Below, piece after piece: positions 28,850 to 47,310 of a stretch of 64,000 bases of DNA; position 1 is the first letter of the stretch; each line of letters opens with the position of its first letter. The stretch is from the human T2T-CHM13v2.0 reference genome, Homo sapiens. A model generated the notes under the pieces. That model worked only from the letters and a program-made list of their open reading frames with translations, was not told the origin of the DNA and made no database searches. The translations under genes and the position numbers were made by a program. The stretch lies in the NCBI RefSeq assembly GCF_009914755.1, contig NC_060925.1. One strand, given 5' to 3'.

Positions 28850-29254
28850 TGGGGGTTACAATGGACCTTTTACAATCACCACCTGCTCTCAGGATGTTCA
28901 GCACATGAAATACCTATAAAATCCTATTGTCAGTGGGAACTGATTGGAAATTCAACTACACATCGTTTTTTGAGTATCTTCCATGTGAATGACATTTGCT
29001 AGGTGAGGAGGGAGAGAGAAAGGCCTAGAAAACACTGCCTCTGCCTTCAAGGCGCTTACAGGCTCCAACCCAGGAAGGAGTGAGGGTTCCACTCCAGGCC
29101 TTCCTGGAATTATACAATGTGCTCAGTATTCTCTCTGGCTGACAGCCACCCTCCCACTTCTGCCTGCATAGCTACACTTTATAGCATCCTCACTCTGGAA
29201 TCTCACCTTTCTCCATCACCAACCCACCCCCAACTCTGGGTGTGAAATCTACAG

Positions 29255-29510
29255 GCAGGAGGCAGCCTACGTAGTAGTCACAAGCACTGACCCTGGCACT
29301 CTCATAAGTGTGTTTGCCTCTGAGCTCTGCTATTGGCTGGCTGTGAGAATAAGTTGCTGAATGTGGGCCTCAGTTTCTTCACCTGTAAAATGGGCATGAT
29401 AATCTCAAGAATCTCATAAGCTTGATATAAGGACTACATAAGTTAATATACAGAAACTGCTTAGTTAATATACAGAGCTGGGAACATGGCCAAGGGCCAG
29501 CTCTGATCAT
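29255..29510 (+). mobile_element. MIR
   Basis: 'gcctcagtttcttcacctgtaaaatgggcatgataat'. Confidence 0.7.
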
Positions 29511-29676
29511 TGCTCTGTAAGCCAGGCCTTCTCCCCAGCATAGCCTCCAGCATGGCCTGGCTGTTGCTGCCAGCTTCCAAGCTGTACGCCTCACCCCTTT
29601 GGTAAGCAGAGAACTGGCGGGGAGGGAACTCTCACCATCCCCCACGTGTGTCATTGACGGCAGCCCTGCATCTGTG

Positions 29677-30067
<391 letters not shown>

Positions 30068-30147
30068 TCACTGCTGCGTACCCAGCTCCTTACGCAGGGC
30101 CTAACAAGCACTCACTAAATTTTTATGGCAAGAAGAAAAAGAGGAAT

Positions 30148-30564
<417 letters not shown>

Positions 30565-30679
30565 TCAAGTCTGAAAGCGTTGGGATAAAAATAGGAATTT
30601 TAATTATGATAGGGCAAATGACCCGCAAACTGGCACCATATTTCTCTGTGTTTCAGCTTATGCAGAGAGTGTAATTATA

Positions 30680-31284
<605 letters not shown>

Positions 31285-31555
31285 TCAATAAGCAGCATTT
31301 CTTTTCTGACATTACGGAGCTTGGAAACTCATGCTAGGGAAAAGGGTCATCTCAAACAATTGCCACTAGTACTATAAGGCTAGCAGATCCCTCCGAGACT
31401 CTGTCATTCACTCAACAAACGTTTATTGAGCACCTAACCTCTCTGCACCTTAGTTTTCTCATCTGTACAGTGGGAATAATAATAACGGAACATGCCTTTT
31501 AGGATAAAGCACTTGGACTACAGCCTGGCACACAGCAGGGGCTCAGTAGGTGTTT

Positions 31556-31856
<301 letters not shown>

Positions 31857-32439
31857 AATAGGTGTTTTTCGTATTATCGTGGATTTGCGGTAGGCCCTAG
31901 CTAACTTGTGGGAATGAAAGGAGGCAGAAGACAGAAACTTTCCCTGAAGGAGCTGGCCGGCTAGTAGGAAAAATGGACAAATAAACCATCACAACCTAGT
32001 AATTCTTTAAAAAATTAAAAAGTGTCAACTTGACCAAAATGTAAGATTTAAGCACCATTATTTACAATACAAAATACTGTTGAAATTAAATACATTTGCT
32101 AAAAGGCAGCAATGTTCTGTGGACTAAAACACAGTCCTTCCCTCCACTTGCATGAGAGCAAGGTTCTCATTACTTGCTTTGTAAAAGCAACTTCCAGGGT
32201 AAAGCACTGGTACAATATACCAAACCTCCCAGCTGCTCACCACCTTCCATCCAAATCAAGATTCAGGGTGACACTTAAATGCTATCAAGGAGAGAATCGG
32301 TCCTTTTCCATCAAGGATATCCATACTGAGCCTGGAAAGGAAATCTGCATCTCTTAGAAATATTTAGGAATATTAGAAACAAATTTTTGAAATATCTGGA
32401 AACTACACTTTTCTAAATTATATTTGAATTAGAATTATA

Positions 32440-32735
32440 CCAGCCTTTTGGGAAGCAGAGGCAGGCAGATCATTTGACCCCAGGAGTTTGAGACCAGCCT
32501 GAGCAACATGGTGAAACCCCATCTCCACCAAAAAAATATATATATACACAAAAATTAGCCTGATGTGGTGGTGCATGCCTGTAGTCCCAGCTACCCCGGA
32601 GGCTGAGGTGGGAGGATCACTTGAGCCCAGGAGGTCAAGGCTGCAGTGAGCTGTGATTGTGCCACTGCCCACTGCACTCCAGCCTGTCCAGCCTGGGTGA
32701 CAGAGTAAGACTCTGTCTCAAAAATAATAATAATT
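32440..32735 (+). mobile_element. 5'-truncated AluJ
   Basis: Lacks the first ~30 nt; J-type right arm with small internal duplications. Confidence 0.9.
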
Positions 32736-33419
32736 ATTATTATATTAGAATGTATAATTCTAAATTATAATTTAGAATGTAATACTATTAGGGTATTCCA
32801 TTCATGGCCTAAAACATCATTTCAGAAAAGAGAGACTTCACTACATCACTGCTGTCCTTTGGTAACTGTGCAGGAGAAAGGCCGGTAACTCTCACTGATA
32901 TCTGCAGGAGAGGCTCCGAGGCGAGGTGCGAGTCATCTATAGGAACTCGAATCCTCCACCACTCAGGGCTGGACCCACTGCAGCATTCCAGCTAGGGCTG
33001 CTTCTTTACTGGTCTTGGGAATTCTAGGGAAGATTTTTTCCCCGCCTGTGGCATGAAAGCATGAGTCATTTTTGCGAACCACACTAGTGCGGTGTCTAGT
33101 GAAGGAATGTGCCATTGGTGGAAAGATCTGGATGGGAACGTTATAAATTTTTAAGCACAAGTGAGGTCAACCCACTATCACCTGGTGTAAAATACGGTCG
33201 TCTGCCAACCCTTCCCGCTGAGGGCCGAGCTCACTGGCAGAAGGAAACAGGACCTCAGGCCCTCACCGCATTTCCGAAGGCGGTAGAATACGCCATCTAA
33301 TGAGAATGTGACATGAGGAAAATATATGGACACCTACTGAAGCCAGAGAACAGATTCCAGCTGATCCTCCATCTCTCGCCTTTGCAAAAACAACAATAGT
33401 TTCATCCTTCAACCACTTA

Positions 33420-33820
33420 CCAGGGAGGCAGAGCAGCAGGGGACAATGGTCAGGAGCCCATCTCTGGCCTCACGTGACCCTGAGCCAGTAACCTGTGCCT
33501 CAGTTTCCTTATGTATAAAACATAGTCGGTGATAATTCCACGTTCCTCCCTGGGCGGCTGTGAGGATTTAATGCGACTACACAGGTTTCGGTTCTTAGCG
33601 GAGGACTTGGCACATGCAAAGTCTCCACATGCAGAGCTGATTTAGTATGGCGTTCCCTCCCTCCAGGCACCATGCTAAGTCTTGGCCTGCACCATTTCGT
33701 GAACCCTCACAACACCTCATGAGGTGGATATTTTATTTCTTGTTTTACAGAAGAGGAAACTGAGGCCCAGCAAGGTGAAGTGCCTTTGGCCATTGGCATG
33801 TAGTCTCAAAGCCTGGCAGG
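33420..33820. mobile_element. Two MIRs (+ at ~33420-33640, - at ~33660-33820)
   Basis: 'tgtgcctcagtttccttatgtataaaa' and 'tttacagaagaggaaactgaggcccag'. Confidence 0.7.
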
Positions 33821-34904
33821 ACCCTAAGGGCCACCCCAGCTGCCTGCACAATGCCCTCCCACGGTCCTCACCGTCCTCACCACCCTCACCGCCCTGCCTC
33901 ACATGCAAAGGCCTTCCCGAGCCTTGCTGCACCCGTCCTTCATCTCTCCACCCTTTCTTGCCGCAGAGTCAGCTTGCTCTCCTGAGACCGGGTTCCAGTT
34001 ATCTTAACACAAAAGCAGCCCTATTGGAGGCAGCTTCTGGGCCAGGGCTCTCCACGAGGGGTCTTCACGTGGTCAGGGCTGCCCTCACCCAAGGTGCAGC
34101 CTCCTCACAGGCAGTCCAGCCCCGCGGACCTGCCCATGGGCCTCCTGCTCCAGCCCAGGCCTGTCCTGCCTCTCTGCCCAGATCCAGGCTCTGCTGTGCC
34201 TTTTCTCATCCATAGCCCAGCTACTAATTACTGCCCAGCAAGCATGCTGCCCTCACTCCAGAACCAGCCAGCAGAGGAAAAGCTTTAGGCTCTCAAGCAG
34301 CCTCCTCAAGCCTCCTAGCCATGAGGGTGAGCCATGTCCCTTTCCCTGGCAGGTTCCCTTAGGGAGGCAGACCCAGGGATGGAGCCACACACCCTCGGCC
34401 GACCGTGCCATTAGAGATGTGTTTCATGGGAACCAGAAAGGGGGAAGTGTGTGCGTGCATGCGCGTGTGTTTCCCAAGGCCTCCTGGTGCTGTGCCCAGA
34501 GCAATTCAAGAAGAGGGATATGATAGGGGTAGGCTCCTGTACTGCTGCTTCTGGAAGGGTCCAGGGCCACCTGGAGGGCCCCTAAACATGAAAACATCTG
34601 CTTTCCCACCTGAGCAGGCAACAGTGTTTGCCCCAGGGTCAGGGGTGGTCATGGACCATTGTCTTCATGTGGTAAATGGAGAAACTGAAGAAAGGTGTGT
34701 GCGCTACATCCTGGCCTCTCCCACATCCACCCTCTCGAGCACATGGTGCACAGCCCCAGGCCTCCAGTGCCTGGGCGCCATGGACTGGCTGCCCTAGGCT
34801 CATGACGTAGCAGCTTTGCTGTGTGACCTGGAGCAAGGCCTCAGCCTCTCTGGGACTCAGTTTGTCCTTAGTCTTAGTATCAATGATGACTAAAAGGTGA
34901 CAGA

Positions 34905-35246
<342 letters not shown>

Positions 35247-35278
35247 TCAACCTTTTGCCAAAGGGAACTGAGAAATGA

Positions 35279-35583
<305 letters not shown>

Positions 35584-37041
35584 CTGGACTGAAATCCAAA
35601 TACATAGGTCAGTACTGATAGACACCAAACATCTTTGAGATCATAGAGGGGAGGGGAAGGGCCCCCTGAAGGATGGAATGGGTGGGGTTTTAATCAGGTA
35701 AGAGAAGGGGGGCAGAGGCTGCTAGTTCCTTCCAATTCAACTTTATAAAATAACTCATCCAATTGAAAGCTAGAGAGCCCCCACCTCTCGCTCCACAGAA
35801 GCAAGATGCTGTCCAGTTCCCATCTCAGCACCTCCCAGACAGCCTTTCCAGCTGGAGCAGCTCCGCGAAACATTTTCCAAACTCATTAAGCCCTGCAACA
35901 ATCTAATTTTGCTTGCAAAATTTCCCCTGGCCCTACCAACACTCTCTAAAATTGCTCCCCCTTTCATTCCATCCATCCCCCAGGTTTCACCAACCTCTTC
36001 CCACATCACCTGGCAAAGAGAAGGCTCAAGCATTTACTGCCTACAGCAAAGAACTTGAACTTGAGTTTGGATTTGGTGTGAGAGGGAACTACCCTAGTTT
36101 TAGCAAACAGCTTTGCCCTGCACCGCAACCCCCACCCCACCCACCCACCTCCGGCCTGATTTTCTTTAGCCAGTTTCTGTTTTCTTTCAAGGCTTGTACG
36201 TGGGACAGTTTTCACATCTACAGCTCAGTGCCAGGGCAGACCCTGCGTGGCTCTGAATCCCACCTAAGTCCCAGCCCCCCAGAGCAAACACAGAGCCGAC
36301 AGCAGCCTGGAACAGACACCTTGATTTACAGTCAAGCGTAAGCTCTGCGAATTCTATTTCCCCAGAAACACATGAAAAACTTGGCTCTGTCATTTTGCTG
36401 ACACAAATCTTTTTCTTTTTTTTTTTTCTGTTATTCCTCCCTCCATGGTCCCTTCCTTCCCCACCCCTCCTTCCACCCCAATCACCAGTACAAACTGAAA
36501 AGTTGCAGTTGTACAGGCAAAGAGATTGGACAAACTGACTCAACTTGAACATAATCTTCTTTCTGAAGCTGCAGCTCCGGTGGTGGGTACATTGCTTATC
36601 ATACGTCAAGGGCAGGAGGAGGCATTTCCTAGCTCCCCGGCTTGCCTTTGCCCGGCACACAGCAAGACCACTCACTCCAAGAGGCTCAGCAGAGTGGAAC
36701 AAAATCTGCAGGCTCTGTGCCCTTCTTAAGGAGTGAAAGCCTGCTATGAAATCCCCTACAACCCGCGGGGCCATGGAGCCTCCCCACTCCTTCCCTGACG
36801 CATTCTCCCCAAATCCCACTAAGGCCCGAGTCAGATGCATTTGCTGCACATCAAATGGGAAGGCTCCCCCTTCTCCTTCCGCCCACACAGACTCACTGAG
36901 GACAGTCCCACCATCATCCAGGGCACAGAAACGTCAGAAGCAGCAAAACCTCAGAGCAAAGCCATGGGGCCACAGAGTCCTCCCCAAGCAAGAAAGTCCC
37001 CATCCCATGTCTCAAGTCCTCTGCAAAATGCTCACTCTAGG

Positions 37042-37371
<330 letters not shown>

Positions 37372-38225
37372 TTAGATGTTGGAGGGTTTTGCTGTGTTGA
37401 AGGGGGGTGCTGGGTGGTTTTTGCCATTTCACATTGCCTGTTGCTTTTGGGTCAGGGACAGGGGTCACCAGCTGACTTGGGGGTATAGAAACCTGATTCG
37501 GACATTTCACACACCACAGGAGGAAAGCATCCACTTAGCAAGGGCTGCGCCAACTGGCAGGTGTTCACATCTGTCTTCAAAGGCCTTATGACCTATGACA
37601 GCATCAGCACCATTCAGAGGCCAGGGAGGGTTGGGCAGCACAAAATCTGGAGGGAATCTACAGTAGCCCCCGCCCCGCTCCCCGCCCAGCACCCTCAGGT
37701 CCACAGGGGAGATGAGCGATCTAATTAAAAGGGTGTGAGGGTGCGATGACGGCGGCAATAAGAACCTCCTGGCTCTCTGGAGGTCTCTGTCCTTCCTGAG
37801 AGCCCTAAGCGTCTTCTCAAAGACAAGGCTTATTTGTCCTGCAACAGTTCTGTGAAGGTAGAATCCCACAGAAGCTGTATCATTGAGTTCTAAGCAAAGT
37901 TGAGGCCCAGAGAGGTTAAAGGTCATGCTCGGTGGCTTTTGTCCAAGGTCATACTGTATGATAAAAAAATAAACTGAAATTGGCAGTTTCTTAAAAGTTA
38001 AACACACATCTAACATGCAACCCAGGCAGCCCACTCCTAGATACCAACCCAAGAAAAATGAAAGCATATGTGCACATGAAGACTTGTACCCAAATATTTA
38101 CAGTTTTATTCATAACAGCCAAAAACTAAAAACAGCTGAACTATCCATCAAAAGGTGAATGGATAAGCAAATTGGGATATACCCTTATGCTGGAATGCTA
38201 TTCAGCTATAAAAAGAAATAAATTA

Positions 38226-38502
<277 letters not shown>

Positions 38503-38507
38503 TGAAG

Positions 38508-39002
<495 letters not shown>

Positions 39003-39171
39003 TTAACAGGTACATACATATGTTAAAATTTATCAAATGGAGCACTTTAAATATGTGCAGTTTATTACCTGTCAATTATACCTCAACAAAGCTGTAATAA
39101 AAGTTGTTGTAATTTTTTTGTATCTTCCTATATAAAAGCAATTTTTTTTACTTTTTTAATATAAAAAGGGA

Positions 39172-39296
39172 AGCCAAGCATGGCAGCATGTGCCTGTAGT
39201 CCCAGCTACTTGGGAGACTAAGGTGGGAGGATTGCTTGAGCCCAGGAGTTTGAGAACAGCATAGGCAACATCCCAAGACCCCATCTCTTAAAATAA
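39172..39296 (+). mobile_element. FLAM_A-like monomer
   Basis: 'tgtagtcccagctacttgggag..gagtttgag..gcaacat..agaccccatctctt'. Confidence 0.8.
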
Positions 39297-39307
39297 TGTT
39301 AATAATA

Positions 39308-39950
<643 letters not shown>

Positions 39951-40685
39951 ATAAATAAATAAATAACATGTTTTAAATGTTCTCTTAGCCTTAGTGCCAC
40001 CTTCTTAGAAACCTACTTGCCATGAGAGCCAAACACAGGCTAAAACGCAAAAGAAGAAAGATGGGGCAGAGGTGGAAGCCTGTGTACCCATGGAGGCAGA
40101 GGGAGTGCCAGAGGCTGAGGACACTGGTACAACCGTTGGACTGCATGCTACTGTCTACAACTTGTCTTTCAATGGATCCAGAACATCCATCGCCATCTGA
40201 TCACCAAGAGCACCTCTAAGAGATCCCCCTTGGTCACCAAAGCAGTCCCTTTTGTCCTCTGCCCTGCACCTGGGACAGCCTGGACTAGTTCTGTTCTCAG
40301 TGGTGGCTGAGTGTAACACATATACACTAAATCATCTCTTCCGTTGTCGCAGCCAAAGAATCGAAAAAAATTTAAAAAGGGGAGGGGATGACAAGTAAAA
40401 GAAGAAACACAAGGAGGAAAATAAGGTACTAGAAATGGTGTCAGGATGCAGAATATAAGCCATGCTACCTGCTAGAGGTGGGACTCAAATTTGTTTCTAA
40501 GTTTTCTAGCAGTGAAGGCAAAGAAGAGGAGGGATATTAACATGATTCCAAGTCCAGGAGCTAGAAATGAAATCAGTTGTTTAGGAAGACCCACTCCTGA
40601 GCACATGAGGCTGTTGGTCTCATAATTTCTCTGAAATAGTACATACCCATTGTCAACGAGATTCTTAATAGTGCAGGCAGAAGCT

Positions 40686-41315
<630 letters not shown>

Positions 41316-42025
41316 TTAGACGCTGTGGCCAAATCCGAAGTTCCCACGTGTCCCAAGTCCCGTGGTTGGATGTGGCGATCCCAGCTGGGTGGCAAGGGAG
41401 GTGACAGAAGCCACCTGTCAGACACAGATGGAGATGGTGCTGTACGTGGTACTAAGGCTGTGCATAACAAGGAACTAGTTGGCTGCCCCGTGGGCCCTCA
41501 GGGAGCGACAGACCAGCAACCTCTGAGGATTAAGTCAGGGGCTCCCAGCTGAACACATGCTTCAGAAATGCCCTCAGCCACGGGAAGTTTCTCTGTGTGT
41601 CTGGATACAGACTCACAGGATCCAGGGCAGACAGGGCCTTCCGAGGGTAGCCCAGTGAGTCCCTAATGCATGTGTGCCGTCTATGGTAGCTCTTTGCTTG
41701 AAAACTTCCACTGCCAGGGACCTCACTGCTTCCCATCATTCATTCTCCGAGCGCATTTCTCGAGTGCCCTCTTGCGCCAAGCACTGTGTTGGCACTGACT
41801 GGACAGTGGTGATCCTCCATACAGGGAAACTTAAAGTCTCATCCAGCTGTTACAGAATGCCACTGGGGGCTGTAGAGTCCGACCCCCCACCAGGTTTTCT
41901 CTCAGCTCCACCTCCTCCCAGCTATGCAACCCTGGGAAATTGCTCACCTTCTGAGTCTGTTTCTTCCCTTGTGGAAGGAGGCTGATAGACCTTGCTGCAA
42001 AGTAATGTTTGAAATATCTGGTACA

Positions 42026-42313
<288 letters not shown>

Positions 42314-43724
42314 TGAAATGTCTGGTACAGGGCCTGGCTCACAGTGAATGTTTGCAGGGGCCTTGCTCTGCCCTTCAAAGCCACACAAAGTGTGATTCCT
42401 TCTGTACATGAGATCCCTCCAAAAAGTGGAAGCAGCCCTCTTAATAATAATAGTAAAAATAATAACACAGAGAGATCGAATTCTGTGTGCCAGGGGCTGT
42501 TCTTGAGGCTCTGTGTTAAAACACTGAATGATTTCATCGACCATGGAAGATGGCTACTATCATTACGCAAATGAAAAAATGAAGGGCCAGAGAGGTTGAG
42601 TAACTTCTCAAAGTCACACAGCAAGGAATTAAGTGGTGGCCTCAGGACTTATATGCAGGGGAAGCAGCAGACTCCAGCCAGACATCCCCTCCTCCTGAAG
42701 CAGGGTCAGGTACCGCACCCACCCAGTTTCTCTCCCCTTCCCACTGCCCCAGAACAGGACTCACTGCTCCACACAGGGTTCCACCACCCCAGTGTGGAAG
42801 GCGCAGGGCTGGTGGTCCCTGCCCATTGCTGGGCTCACCCCACCGTGGCTCCCAACCCCTAGGTCCTGGAAAGATGTCTCCCCTCTCTCCGCCTTGAGGA
42901 CATTTTCACTGGCTGAAGGCATAAAATGTTCTAGTAAAGTTATCGACTTTTCTTTGTTGGAAAATACTGCTTTTTAACCTGGCATATGTTGCTTGCTTTT
43001 TTTTTTTAAGGTCCTTTCTTTTATGACATGATGCCTCAACTGGCAAAATAAAAAAGCTGTCACCTCAAGTTGTCCTGAGATTGGAGAAAGGTGGATTTTT
43101 ACAAATCCGTGAAAGCCCAAAGCCAGGGACTCGGCTGTCCCCCTTGGGCTGGGACTCTCCTCGAAAGGCCACTAGGGTCCCGGCGCCACGCCAGTGGGAT
43201 GGTCTCGTGGAGGACCCCTGCCTCTTCAGTGTCTACTTCGGGGTGGCTCAGCCTCACCTCCCTCCCAAGAATTCCAGAGAAAATTACTCCCATCCACCAC
43301 TACTGGCCCATTTGCAAAAAGGCTCTGGTAGCTCCACTGACCCACTGAGGACAGAACCCTTGCTCCCCAGGTTGCGCCCTGAGGGTCCAGTTGACAGGTT
43401 GGCTCAGAGGAGCCCTACTGTCCCTGGCAGGGGGAGCAGAAGTAGGGCTTCACCCTGGAAGGAGGGTAGCGTGAGGGTGGTCCTGAGAGCTTGGCCTAAA
43501 AACCTGTATGCCCAGAGCTGGGGGCAAGGGAGGGAGGAGGAGACTGAAGGAGGTGCTGCTGCCAGGACCCAGGCAGCGGGGCCGGGGGATGGGCATGAGG
43601 ACAGCTCCGGGGCTCTCAGGAGTCGGGGATAAAGTCCACAGAGGAGCTTTCCTTCCGCCCCAACTGGGGGATCCAACAGAATTCCTCTCTCTCCCTCTCA
43701 TACCAGCCCCCCAGACACCCTCAG

Positions 43725-44680
<956 letters not shown>

Positions 44681-45374
44681 TCCAAAATCTTTCCACCAAG
44701 ACGTCCCGGGCACATCCCCACAGCTATGCCAGCCACGCCCCAAAGTCCCCCCACCCAGGTCTAATCTGGCTCAGGGAGCTGGCTTTCCTGTGGCTCAGAC
44801 TCAGCCCTGCTGGGGTAACACTGAACCCTGATTTGACATTTCAGTCACTGCCTGCGTCAGGTCTGGCGGGGGAACAAAGGGACGTCAACAGGGAATGGAG
44901 CTGCACCGTCAGCCAGGGCCCTGTCCCTGCATGTCCATAGATGCCTTCCCCCAGGGCTGCGGCAGCCGCGTGACAGCTCAAGCTGCTGCAGTCAGTGAGA
45001 AACGCAGGAGCGACAGGCCGGCTCCTTCTTGCACAGGGGGAAACGCCAAGGCCACTTGGCAAATGCCACGTCAGCTCTACACAAATGCCAGTGTCATGAG
45101 ATGGTGGAAGGTCATGCCTACTCAGGCCTCTAGAGAAACAGCACCAGCAAAACTTCCGTTCCACAGAAGGAGACACCGAGGCTGGGCTGTGACCTGGTAC
45201 CCTGCCAGCTACCTGTCCTCGCTCAGCTCCAGAGCAGGTGCTGCTGCAGCCTCTGCACCTGGCCGAGGAGCCGAGGGAAGAACCAAGTCTCAGAGCTCAG
45301 CTGCATCCTCCCATCCCATCCTGGCAACACCCCCTCCCATCCCATTCCGGCAGCACCCCCCAGAATAGGGATTG

Positions 45375-45920
45375 GGAACGCTCCCATTTTGCAGATAAGG
45401 AAACTGAGACTCAGCGAGGTGGGGTCAGTTGTCAGTAATCAGCCTGCAGGTGGTAGAGCCCGGAGCTGAGCGTGGGCCAGGCCAGCCCAGCCCAGTGCCT
45501 GAGCAGCTCAACACCATGCCTATGGATGAGAGAGTAGACACTCAATTAATATTTGGGGGATGAATTTTTTGAAGTTCCCTGGGTGATTCAGAAGAAATTT
45601 CCATCACAGATGGCGAATGGTCCCACCCAAGCTCCCAGTGGACACTGGACTTTCCCACAAAAATGGGGCCCATCCACCCCGCCCCTGTCCTGATTCCTAA
45701 TAAAACAACAAACATTCAGTACTGGCTTCCTCCACGCCAGGCACGGTCCTGGATGCTTTCTGTGACAGAACTCGCTGAATCCTCCATTACAGCCCTGTAG
45801 TGCAGGAATTGTTATTATCCCCATTTGACAGATGAGGAAACTGAGGCACGGCATGATTAGGTAGTACAGCCAATAGGAGGCAGGGCTGGGCTTTAGAGCC
45901 AGGCAGAGCAGCTCCGCCCT
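45375..45920 (-). mobile_element. Two MIR fragments (~45375-45520 and ~45700-45920)
   Basis: 'cccattttgcagataaggaaactgagactcag', 'ccccatttgacagatgaggaaactgaggcac'. Confidence 0.75.
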
Positions 45921-46690
45921 CCACCCTGGGTGGTGACCCTTGGCACTGCCCCCCGGCACATCCCTGAGGCTGTCAGCAGCCAGGGCAGCAGCATTGTTGA
46001 GCAGTGTGATTTTTATCTTGACAAGTGGCCCTCTCACAATTGCTATTTCCCCTCCACAGCCCAGGGCGGAAATGAGAAGGGGAGAAAAAGAAAGAGGGGG
46101 CAGCGGAGCCTGATGGATGTGCCGGGCAGGATCACACCTTGAAACCAAAAATCCATTCTCTTTTGTCTACATGAACAATGCGTGCAAGCAGTGGGCCGGA
46201 AGCAAAGGCACACCCCAGCCACCCCCAACCAGAGAGCTTGGCACACCTCTGGTGCCCACGCAGCCACCCTCCTTCCTAGGGACAGTGGGGGCAGGGGAGG
46301 GGCAGGTGCACACAGGTTCTAAGCAGATGGTAATGTCAGGGAGGAGTGGAGCAGGTAGCGTGACAGCCCAGAGGACAGGCCTCAGGGAAGATGCCCAAGT
46401 GCCCCAGAAGGACAAGCTGGAGAGACACCTTTCAAACCACCAGGCCACAGCCCTCCCACCTGCAAACAACCAGGAAAGAGTATCAGGAAAAACCTTTCCT
46501 ATGTGGCCTCAAGTCCCCAAGAAACCCAGCCTGCCCCTCCCAGGCTACAAGACTCAGGGAACCTGGGGACCTGGGAGTGTGGGGACCAACACCCGGGTCA
46601 ATTTGACACTGAAGCCTTGTCTGTGCTCCTTCTACATGCAATGCCTAAGGAACACAGAGGTCTTTAAGGGCTCCCAGAAATGAGCTAGAT

Positions 46691-46988
46691 GGCTGGGCAT
46701 GGTGGCTCACGCCTGCAATCCCAGCACTTTGGGAAGCTGAGGCGGGTGGATCACTTGAGGCCAGGAGTTCGAGACCAACCTGGCCAACCTGACAAAGCCC
46801 CATCTCTATAGATATTACAAAAATTAACTAGGCATAGTGGGGGGGGCGCTTATAATCCCAGCTTACTCAGGAGGCTGAGGCAGGAGAATTGCTTGAACCC
46901 GGAGGTGGAGGTTGCAGTGAGCCGAGATCACATCACTGCACTCAAGCCTGGGCAACAGAGCGAGACTCCATCTCAAAAAAAAAAAAAA
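46691..46988 (+). mobile_element. AluSz
   Basis: TSD gagctaga. Confidence 0.94.
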
Positions 46989-47074
46989 GAGCTAGACACA
47001 CACATTAAGTGTGACACCAGGCAGGCCGTCTCACCGAAAGGACTGGCAGGTAGTGTCTGACGAGCTGGCACAAT

Positions 47075-47310
47075 GATGATAATAACATAAATAAAAAGTT
47101 CACATTTATCAACCATTTGCTACGGGCCAGGCACTTACATGGGTTATCGCATGCAATCCTACAACAACCCTACAACCACGTAGGCACTTCTGTAAAAACC
47201 TGCCTCTTACAGATGAGAGAATGAGGCCCAGGGTGGTTAAGTGATGTGTCCAAGAGCACACAGCAGTGAGTGACAGAGCAGGAAGCTGAATGGGCAGCCT
47301 GGCTCCAGAG
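47075..47310 (-). mobile_element. MIR
   Basis: 'ttacagatgagagaatgaggcccagggtggttaagtgatgtgtccaag'. Confidence 0.7.

Noticed and set aside
32000-33310. Possible processed pseudogene or 3'UTR
   Set aside because: No recognisable parent gene, reading frame, poly(A) or TSD.
36187-36888. Longest ORF (233 aa, - strand)
   Set aside because: Non-ATG start, no recognisable domain, and it crosses a poly(T) run; consistent with chance.
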